This document shows positions 40,150 to 47,843 of a stretch of DNA of 64,000 bases, one piece after another. Position 1 is the stretch's first letter. Each line of letters opens with the position of its first letter. The position numbers and the translations under genes are program-made. The notes below the pieces were generated by a model. The model had not been told where the DNA came from and did no database searches. It saw only the letters and a program-made list of their open reading frames with translations. The DNA is from an uncultured Clostridium sp. (GTDB lineage Bacteria > Bacillota > Clostridia > TANB77 > CAG-508): positions 2,661 through 66,660 of the forward strand of contig CAMMHE010000004.1 in NCBI GenBank assembly GCA_946496575.1, written 5' to 3'.

Positions 40150-42441
40150 TTATGTCTTTTTTATATCTGATTGTGCATCACTAATTTGAGTTATTAAATC
40201 CATTGTTGCATTTGCTGCTTGTTCTGCCTTATTTCCAGCTTCATTCTGTTCCATACCATTGTTTATAAATTTTTTATAATATTCTTTTTTGAAGGTATCC
40301 TTGTATTCGTCCTTTTTCTTTTGTCCCATTTTTTTAATATCAGTTGGAAGTCTTTTTGATAATTTTGTCGCACCTATTAATGCTTCACGAGTAGCTCTAG
40401 TTTTTCCTTGTGATTCTAATTTGTAAATTGCAGCCATCTGTTCTATATCAGATATACCTGAATCTAAACAATCATTTCCTACATCTTCTAATATCATCTT
40501 TGCATCACTTCTTGAGACTCCTAACATTCTTCTTAAGTAATTTATGTTTTCATCATTTTTTATTATATCTTTTTTGTATTTTTCAAATTCTTTTCTTTTA
40601 TAATCTTCTCCATAATATGACATTTTAACTTCGTCTTCTAATTGTTTTGTATCGACTGTAAACGCACCAGTTACTGTATTTGCAAGTCCTTTTCCAGCAC
40701 CATATCCTCCTGCAAGTCCAGCTGTTGTATACTGGAATGCTTTTGAGGCATCACCTGAAGCCACTCCTGCTGCTAAACCTAACATTCCAAATGTTGCCGC
40801 TCCTGCTATTCCTGTTAATCCTCTTGCTAATGTTCGTATTGGTTTGCCATTTTTATAATTTCTTTTCATTTTATTTTTTAATCCTCTGGCATATGCCGAT
40901 GTAAAACCACCAATAGCTCTTCTTATTGATCTTTTATTTCTATTACCAATATTAGCTGATGATGAAGAACTTATATAATTGTTTCTATTTCCTGATGATA
41001 TATATGGTGGTATAAAATAAGAATCTCCGTCCGTTGCAGAATCATCTTGCTGATCATCTATATCATTTCCATTATCTCCACTTCCTGCGTAATATGTATC
41101 ATCTCTACCATTTTCATTGTTTTCACTGTCTGAATCACTTGTATCTAAATTATTACCTGCTCCTTGTTGTCCGTCATTTCCCCCTGCATCAAGTGCAACT
41201 CCATTTGATATTGCATCCATTGCATTTACTCCATCAGAACTTGTGTATTTTATATTATCTTGTGTATTTTCCTTATTAGATGCTTGAGCATTTTGATTTT
41301 GTTTTGTTTTTGAACGATGTCCCATAATTTTTTGTATTCCTGACATTGTTAGGGCAGCACCTGCAGCTCCTCCTAATAAACCTGGAGTTTGTGCTTTTTC
41401 AAATCCAAAGAATTTTCTTAATAATCTCTCTGCTGGAATCATAAATCCAATCGCAACTAATGCATAAAGTGGATTTTCTGTTGCCAAACTTATAGCTGAA
41501 CTTACTAATACTGTATATAATAATAAGTGTAGTGGTTGCATTAATAAATTAAATATATATTCTTTCAACCACATATCAAATGCTTGTGCCTTCCCATCAC
41601 TTATCTTATCTATAGGATATGTCATTGCAACAAGTGGTGCCGTTACAGTTAAAAATGCCATATAAAGAACCCTCTTTAGATATGTCCAAGCAAAGAACAG
41701 AGTATATAACACCAGTACTATAAAACATAATGAATATCCTACCCATTTAGCAGTTCCTTCATTTTCTAATTGTGATGCTAATTTTATTCCTCCCATTAAA
41801 TTAGTAGGCCAAATTAGTGTATTAGTATTAGAATCATAATATTGTTCTAATTCCTTCATTTTTTCAGCACTATCACTTTGTATATTATCTAGTACTATTG
41901 CTTTTACAATACCACTTGTAGTTCCGTACCCACTAATCATTTCTGTTATTTTTTGAGTAATTTCTAAAGCAAATATCATTATATAGTGCATTATAAATAC
42001 TAAACATAATGCAACAATCCAATCTATCACTCTTTCTTTATATTTCGCTTTTTCGCCTGCTGTACTTCCCATAACAATTCTTATTCCAACATATATAAGT
42101 ACTATTAAAAGTACTGCAAGTGCTAAATTTCTTAATATGTAATACCATGAAGATATTACTCCACTTAATTGTTTTGCTATTGAATCCATTTCAACTGTAG
42201 TTCTAACTTCTTCTATTTCTGAAAAAGTTCGCATTTTATATGCTTCAACTACTTCATTTCCATTTTGTCTTTCTATTGTTATAACTATTCTATTATCAAA
42301 TGTATCATTTTCAAATTGTGTAAGAGCTATTTCTATAGCTCCTATTTTCTTTTCGTCTTCTGGTCTATAATCATAACTGATAATTGCCATTGGTGCATCA
42401 TTGTTAAATTTTTCTTCATCTGGTAATTTGCTATTAACCAT
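40150..42441 (-). CDS. VirB6/TrbL-like paralog B, C-terminal 763 codons (downstream part of a frameshifted gene)
   Basis: Collinear with paralog A from residue ~300 (SIAKQLSGVISSWYYILRNLA.., MTYPIDKISDGKAQAFDMWLKEYIFNLLMQPLHLLLY). Homology continues upstream of the annotated Met to a TAG at 42565-42567. Confidence 0.7.
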   Translation of the reverse strand: MVNSKLPDEEKFNNDAPMAIISYDYRPEDEKKIGAIEIALTQFENDTFDNRIVITIERQNGNEVVEAYKMRTFSEIEEVRTTVEMDSIAKQLSGVISSWYYILRNLALAVLLIVLIYVGIRIVMGSTAGEKAKYKERVIDWIVALCLVFIMHYIMIFALEITQKITEMISGYGTTSGIVKAIVLDNIQSDSAEKMKELEQYYDSNTNTLIWPTNLMGGIKLASQLENEGTAKWVGYSLCFIVLVLYTLFFAWTYLKRVLYMAFLTVTAPLVAMTYPIDKISDGKAQAFDMWLKEYIFNLLMQPLHLLLYTVLVSSAISLATENPLYALVAIGFMIPAERLLRKFFGFEKAQTPGLLGGAAGAALTMSGIQKIMGHRSKTKQNQNAQASNKENTQDNIKYTSSDGVNAMDAISNGVALDAGGNDGQQGAGNNLDTSDSDSENNENGRDDTYYAGSGDNGNDIDDQQDDSATDGDSYFIPPYISSGNRNNYISSSSSANIGNRNKRSIRRAIGGFTSAYARGLKNKMKRNYKNGKPIRTLARGLTGIAGAATFGMLGLAAGVASGDASKAFQYTTAGLAGGYGAGKGLANTVTGAFTVDTKQLEDEVKMSYYGEDYKRKEFEKYKKDIIKNDENINYLRRMLGVSRSDAKMILEDVGNDCLDSGISDIEQMAAIYKLESQGKTRATREALIGATKLSKRLPTDIKKMGQKKKDEYKDTFKKEYYKKFINNGMEQNEAGNKAEQAANATMDLITQISDAQSDIKKT

Positions 42442-42529
42442 GTCAAATAATGCAGAAAGAGTATTACTAGTTCTTTTAATTTCTTCATCATTACTACTGT
42501 TAAGAACATTAAAAAATTCTGTTATAGAA

Positions 42530-43264
42530 TTAAAATCTGTACGTCCGACTTTGATATAATTGCACTATAATATATGAATACATATAAGAGTTATCATCCA
42601 AGTTTGATTTTTGTAAAGTTAATAAATGTTCTTCTGCATTCTGAACACCATCACTATAATCAAAATCATTACGATCTACATATTCTACTTCTTCACGTGT
42701 ATATGTTCCTGGATTAAAAAAGTTAACATCAAATAAAGGTAATTGGTTTGAAAATATTTCTTCTGGTGAAACTTTATATACTGGTAAATATATATCTCCT
42801 GGGAAAGCTGCTCCATCGATTTTTTCAACTATTAATATACCACCAGCAACAGAAATAGCCAAACCAAGTACTGATGCTTTAACTATAAATACTACTCCAA
42901 TAGCTTTCCCTAAAGCTGTGGCTGCTATTACTCCTATAGCACCTATTCCCACAAGAGCCGCTGCTATTACTATTGTAAGTAAAACGCCCAGTACATATTT
43001 TCCAAAATAATCCCACCAGTTGGGTGTACCATCAATTCTTATTAAATTTACATTTTGGCTTAATATTGATTCATGTAATATATCTAGAACTGCATCTGCT
43101 ATAGCTGTTAATAAATGAGTAATAGGTTTAATTAATACTCCTCCCCAAACTTCCTCTTCATCAGCTGCAAAAACTTTATTTGTTACACCAAAATTAAATA
43201 TTGTTAAAATTATACAAACTGAAGCTATTAATTTAACTAAAGTTTTATTATTTAAAACTCTCAT
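42530..43264 (-). CDS. VirB6/TrbL-like paralog B, N-terminal 244 codons (upstream part of a frameshifted gene)
   Basis: MRVLNNKTLVKLIASVCIILTIFNFGVTNKVFA..VWGGVLIKPITHLLTAIADAVLDILH aligns with residues 1-~230 of paralog A. AAGGAG SD lies inside the end of the VirB4 gene. Confidence 0.7.
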   Translation of the reverse strand: MRVLNNKTLVKLIASVCIILTIFNFGVTNKVFAADEEEVWGGVLIKPITHLLTAIADAVLDILHESILSQNVNLIRIDGTPNWWDYFGKYVLGVLLTIVIAAALVGIGAIGVIAATALGKAIGVVFIVKASVLGLAISVAGGILIVEKIDGAAFPGDIYLPVYKVSPEEIFSNQLPLFDVNFFNPGTYTREEVEYVDRNDFDYSDGVQNAEEHLLTLQKSNLDDNSYMYSYIIVQLYQSRTYRF

Positions 43265-43265
43265 T

Positions 43266-45248
43266 TTATACTCCTTGTAGTTCTTTTTTCTTTCTGTTTT
43301 TAACTAAATTGTTCAAGTTTGTATCCACAAATTCAAATTCTTTTTGTGTAGGTGTTATTTGAATAATTGCTGATTCTTGTCCTACTTTTAGTAGTCCTTC
43401 TCCAATTGAACAAGTTGTTAAAAATCCTGCTTCTCCTTCGCTTAATTTGAATACTTCTTTTACATAGTTTATTTCAGATTTATCTTGTGCTAAAAATAAT
43501 TTTGTATCAGATGAAGTTAAAACTGCTTGTGCTTCTGGTTTTTCATAAAAATCTTGAAACCTTTGTGATACAACTGCTAAAGATACATTTCTCTTACGTG
43601 CACGTCTTGCCATGGTATTTAAAAAGTCTACTGCTTCTGGATATGGTAATAACATCCAAGCTTCATCAACAATAACTCTTTTTTTAGTTGCTTTTCTTTT
43701 ATCTTCACTATTTTTCTTTACAAATTTTTCCCATATCCATGTAAGTAAAATTTGTTGAGCAAGTGGTCTTGCAAATTTTTCTTCTAGTTGAGATATGTCT
43801 AAATTTATAAATGGTGCTCCTTCTAGCAATTCAAAAGTTGATTGTCCGTCAAAGTATGCCATCTGCCCATTGTATTCTCTTATGTATTGTTTCATTACTT
43901 TTATTAGATAACTATAATGGTAACTATAATCCTTGTTTTCATTCTGTTTTGCTTTTTGTAATATTCTTTTGTACCAAGATCCGATTGTAGGCATTTTTTT
44001 CTTATCACTATATAATTTATCATTTCTATCAGAAATTGCACCTTTTTCATATAAGCTATTGGGATCATTTGTTATTCCTATTGCTTTATATTCTTCAGCA
44101 ACTGCTTCTGCTATAATTTGTTTTGTAAGCTCATTAACTTCTTTACTTCTTGTACTACCTTTTGCCATTGTAAGTAAACTCTGGGTTACATCTTCAACTT
44201 TATTTTCAATATTTAATGTTATTCTTTCTCTTCCAGTTATTTCATCCTTTACAGTTTCAGTTTCAACATCAAACAAGTTAATAACTGTTTTAGAGTTTGG
44301 ACTTAACACAACATTAATTCCACCTAGTGATTCTGCTACTATTGAATACTCTCCTTCTGCATCTAAAGCTAGACTTTCTATTCCCATTAACACAGACGAA
44401 CGTGATATTAGAGTCTTCATTGTTACTGATTTTCCTGCACCAGATTTTGCAAATACAACCATATTATAATTAGATAATGATTTATGAAAATTATCAAATA
44501 ATATTGGTGTTCCTGTTTGTTTATTAAATCCTAGAGGTATTCCTGTTTCATGTCCTACTTCTGATGATGTAAATGGAAAAACCGTTGCCATAGAACGTCT
44601 ATCAAATGTATGTGTCTTGTTTATTTTATCATTCATTAATGGTAGATTAGTTTTAAAAGCATCTTCATGCATTGCCCATGCTGTTTTTATTCCTACTAAA
44701 TTTTTTGACAATTCTGTTGCTAATAACTTTGTTAATCTATCTAAATCCTGTAAATTATATGCAAATATTGTAGATACAATTGATGCTTCATATAATTTAT
44801 TAAACCCTGCTGCAATTTCGTCTCTTAATTGTTCGGCTTCTGCTTTTTTCATTGAAAGAGTACTTTCCCTATTTATATTTCCTTTGTCTATTGCAACAAT
44901 TCTTTCAGTTTCTAACTCATTAATTACTCTATTTAATTCACTTTGTGATCTTGCTTCTTGTATAGGTGTTATGTATATAGAAGTATTTATGTCTCCAAAA
45001 AAATACATATCTCTAAAAAGTTCTGGAAAAGTACACATCCTTGGAAGTGTAGATATAAAGAAACTTCTTGCATATTTTTTTACATTAGATATAATCTCTA
45101 AATAATCTATATTCGAAGCATCAATTCCTGATGGTGCTATTAATTCTTTTATTGTTTGTTCTTTTAGTATTGAAACTTCTTCTAAATTATTATTATTGAT
45201 TTGATTTGATAGTTCTTCTTCCTCTAGTTGTTGTTTTCTTTTCGCCAT
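43266..45248 (-). CDS. VirB4-family type IV secretion ATPase
   Basis: Walker A VVFAKSGAGKSVT (44427-44450), Walker B KRVIVDEAWMLL, and a VirB4-like N-terminal domain. Strong GGAGGAG SD. The start overlaps the upstream gene by 56 nt. Confidence 0.9.
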   Translation of the reverse strand: MAKRKQQLEEEELSNQINNNNLEEVSILKEQTIKELIAPSGIDASNIDYLEIISNVKKYARSFFISTLPRMCTFPELFRDMYFFGDINTSIYITPIQEARSQSELNRVINELETERIVAIDKGNINRESTLSMKKAEAEQLRDEIAAGFNKLYEASIVSTIFAYNLQDLDRLTKLLATELSKNLVGIKTAWAMHEDAFKTNLPLMNDKINKTHTFDRRSMATVFPFTSSEVGHETGIPLGFNKQTGTPILFDNFHKSLSNYNMVVFAKSGAGKSVTMKTLISRSSVLMGIESLALDAEGEYSIVAESLGGINVVLSPNSKTVINLFDVETETVKDEITGRERITLNIENKVEDVTQSLLTMAKGSTRSKEVNELTKQIIAEAVAEEYKAIGITNDPNSLYEKGAISDRNDKLYSDKKKMPTIGSWYKRILQKAKQNENKDYSYHYSYLIKVMKQYIREYNGQMAYFDGQSTFELLEGAPFINLDISQLEEKFARPLAQQILLTWIWEKFVKKNSEDKRKATKKRVIVDEAWMLLPYPEAVDFLNTMARRARKRNVSLAVVSQRFQDFYEKPEAQAVLTSSDTKLFLAQDKSEINYVKEVFKLSEGEAGFLTTCSIGEGLLKVGQESAIIQITPTQKEFEFVDTNLNNLVKNRKKKELQGV

Positions 45249-46428
45249 TTTTATCTCCTCCTTTTTTCTCTTTAGCTTCTTTTTTAGAACTTTCTATTTT
45301 TTCAATAGATTGTTCTGTAACATCTTTCCCTAAATATTGTTCGTTTTCTCTTAAAATGGCCATTGCCATTTCATTAATAATGTCTTCCATTTTTTCTTCT
45401 CTTTGTGCAATTCTTTGTTGTTTCTCATTAATTACTTCATCTGCTGTATTTCTCGCTTTTTCCATTGCCTTTTCTTCTATATATTTTTCAATTGCTCTCA
45501 TTTTTTTATCTAACACATCTGGTGCAGTTGAATTTATCTCATTATAACCTGCTTTTATTGCTTTATCCATTCCGAAAACTTCTGCTTCATCTCTGTTATA
45601 TGCCATATATAATAATTCAATTAACTCATTTGTTCTTAAAATTCTCCCTCTTACTCCACAAGAGGATATAGTTCTTATTAATGATTGAGCTCTTGTATAT
45701 ATTTCAGAAAACGCTAGATTTTTAATCTCTGCTTTATCTAAATTTTCTCCTCCTAATTCTGAAGAATAATATGGTACAACTATGTAATATTTTTTGTTTA
45801 ATACATTTTTATTTAGGCTCATTCTTTCTGTATCATATATTATGTCTCTTCCATATTCATATAAATTTGATTGTTTAGTTAATTCAAAAAATGCTTTATC
45901 TAATTGCTCTTTTGAATAATTTCCTGATTCTTTCATTTCATAATACTCATTTTTCATTCTGTTAAGCTTGTCTTCTATTTTTCTTAATTTTTCTTTATAT
46001 GTTGATATACTATTTTCCAAATTTACTGACCTTGTTTGTATATAAATCTGTATAGGAGTTCTTAATGTGTTTAAAAACTGTACAAAACCTTCTTCAACAC
46101 TTACTTTTTCTATTTTTGACATTAGGTCATAATTTACACCTTGACATTCAATAACCATTAAAAATCTTGTACCATTTTTTTGAATGATCATATTATCATC
46201 TATTGTATCAAATTCCATAAAATTAAATATTGACTGTCTGTCTATTCCTAATGATGAACTTTTTTCATTATCCAAATCTTGTTTACTTTTTTTAGATATA
46301 GATTTTTGTTTTTTATTTTTTTTATTTCTAAAATTGATCACAAATAATGTTATTCCTAATGCAACTATTATGACTAATATAAATAATAATATATATATTA
46401 AAATATCTATTTGTTGATTTGTATTCAT
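45193..46428 (-). CDS. membrane-anchored coiled-coil protein with a VirB4-N-terminal-domain-like region
   Basis: TM segment (ILIYILLFILVIIVALGITLFVI). The segment SIFNFMEFDTIDDNMIIQKNGTRFLMVIECQGVNYDLMS..FVQFLNTLRTPIQIYIQTR resembles the N-terminal module of VirB4/TraC proteins. Lys/Glu-rich C-terminal tail. Confidence 0.65.
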   Translation of the reverse strand: MNTNQQIDILIYILLFILVIIVALGITLFVINFRNKKNKKQKSISKKSKQDLDNEKSSSLGIDRQSIFNFMEFDTIDDNMIIQKNGTRFLMVIECQGVNYDLMSKIEKVSVEEGFVQFLNTLRTPIQIYIQTRSVNLENSISTYKEKLRKIEDKLNRMKNEYYEMKESGNYSKEQLDKAFFELTKQSNLYEYGRDIIYDTERMSLNKNVLNKKYYIVVPYYSSELGGENLDKAEIKNLAFSEIYTRAQSLIRTISSCGVRGRILRTNELIELLYMAYNRDEAEVFGMDKAIKAGYNEINSTAPDVLDKKMRAIEKYIEEKAMEKARNTADEVINEKQQRIAQREEKMEDIINEMAMAILRENEQYLGKDVTEQSIEKIESSKKEAKEKKGGDKNGEKKTTTRGRRTIKSNQ

Positions 46429-46767
46429 TTATTTTTCCTCCTTTGTATAAACATAGTATTTTTTCTTATTTGATTTGAATTTTATATATCTTTTTATAAC
46501 ATCATCTATATTTTCTCCACCTGTTTTTCGTGTGATTTCTAGTCCATTGGCATTTGGAATTTTAAACATCCCTATTGAATATCCTAAACCTGCAAATATT
46601 AATGTAACTATTATACCTACAGTCCCAAGATTTAACATATTAAAAATGAAATAAAATATAAGCCCTATGGCTCCACCTACACAAGTGTAAATTAGACTTT
46701 TAGTTGAGAATATAAATAATATTCTTCCTTCTCCTTTTACATTTCTAGGTAAATTATATGTTCCCAT
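46429..46767 (-). CDS. PrgI-family / VirB3-like small membrane protein
   Basis: 112 aa. N-terminal YNLPRNVKGEGRILFIFSTKSLIY, then two TM segments. Located upstream of the VirB4 gene, separated from it by the 411-aa gene, in roughly the position of Tn916 orf17-type genes. Confidence 0.7.
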   Translation of the reverse strand: MGTYNLPRNVKGEGRILFIFSTKSLIYTCVGGAIGLIFYFIFNMLNLGTVGIIVTLIFAGLGYSIGMFKIPNANGLEITRKTGGENIDDVIKRYIKFKSNKKKYYVYTKEEK

Positions 46768-46816
46768 ATTTTCCTCCTAAATTATACAGATATTTTTACT
46801 CATTATATATTATAAC

Positions 46817-46857
46817 AAAAAATGTCGATAAATGAAAGCATTTATCGACATTTTTTT
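46817..46857 (-). terminator. rho-independent hairpin directly after the shortest pilin-like gene
   Basis: tgtcgataaatg (46823-46834) pairs with catttatcgaca (46839-46850), flanked by an A-run and a T-run. Confidence 0.65.
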
Positions 46858-46886
46858 AATTTGTAATCAAATTGTAATATTAAAAA

Positions 46887-47240
46887 TTATTTAACAAAAT
46901 TATATACTGCATTAGCTATTGTTGGTGCTAAAAATAGTACTACTGCTCCTATTAAATAAGGAATCATAGACTTCTTGTAATCTGCTTTTTCTTCTGCTGA
47001 ACCAATCATGTATTTTATACCTAAAATAGCTAATATTAATACAGCTGCTACAACACCAATTGCTTGTAGAGCTCCTAATACCTTTCCTCCAAATGTTTGC
47101 ATATCAGTTGTATCTATATTTTCATCTGGTTGAATACTATTTGGTGCAAAGCTAGCAGCAAAAGCTGAAGCTGATAATACTATAGTTATTAACAATATTG
47201 TAAATAATGCTGTCAATATTCTTACTGTTTTTTTATTCAT
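46887..47240 (-). CDS. VirB2/TrbC-type T4SS pilin-like protein, paralog 3 (117 aa)
   Basis: Signal peptide ending SASAFA/AS and two TM helices separated by the motif GIKYMIGSAEEKADYKKSMIPYLIG. GGAGGG SD. Confidence 0.75.
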   Translation of the reverse strand: MNKKTVRILTALFTILLITIVLSASAFAASFAPNSIQPDENIDTTDMQTFGGKVLGALQAIGVVAAVLILAILGIKYMIGSAEEKADYKKSMIPYLIGAVVLFLAPTIANAVYNFVK

Positions 47241-47317
47241 TTTTTTCCCTCCTTTATTTTTATATTTATTTTTATATTTAATCCAACTTATATGTTAGAA
47301 TTTTAAAAACTTAAAAA

Positions 47318-47761
47318 TTATAAATTAGAAAATATGTTTATAAATATTCTCCATATTATAAGTGCTCCAAAAATAACTACACAACCAATTATATATGGTA
47401 CTAATGATTGTTTTATGTTTGCTTTATCTTCTGCACTTGCCGTCATAAATTTTATTCCTAAAACTCCCCCTACTGCAACTGATACTACTACACCGAATGT
47501 TATTAATATATTATATAAATCATTAATTGTTTGCCTCATTTGTGTGCTATTAAATGTTATTGGTGTAGTACTTTCTCCTTCTTCTCCTACATTTGTATTA
47601 ATACTTCCTTTATCTGCATTATGTTTTCCATCATTAATAAAATTTTTACCAGAGTTAAACATATCAGACCAAAATCCAGCTTTAGAAATAGCAGGGATAG
47701 CTAATTGTATAATTAATACTATTACTAATATTTTTAGGGTTATATTAATTATATTTTTCAT
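47318..47761 (-). CDS. VirB2/TrbC-type T4SS pilin-like protein, paralog 2 (147 aa)
   Basis: Signal/TM segment, a ~60-aa insert, then the shared core GIKFMTASAEDKANIKQSLVPYIIG and a second TM segment. Confidence 0.7.
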   Translation of the reverse strand: MKNIINITLKILVIVLIIQLAIPAISKAGFWSDMFNSGKNFINDGKHNADKGSINTNVGEEGESTTPITFNSTQMRQTINDLYNILITFGVVVSVAVGGVLGIKFMTASAEDKANIKQSLVPYIIGCVVIFGALIIWRIFINIFSNL

Positions 47762-47843
47762 CGTAATTCACCCCATTTTTTACCTCTTTTTTATTATACA
47801 CCATTTTTTTGCTTTTTTCAACTTTTTTTATTTTATATATATT

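Noticed and set aside
43487-45105. Plus-strand ORFs 43487-43675, 43933-44469 and 44617-45105
   Set aside because: All three are antisense to the VirB4 ATPase gene, which has intact Walker A and B motifs.
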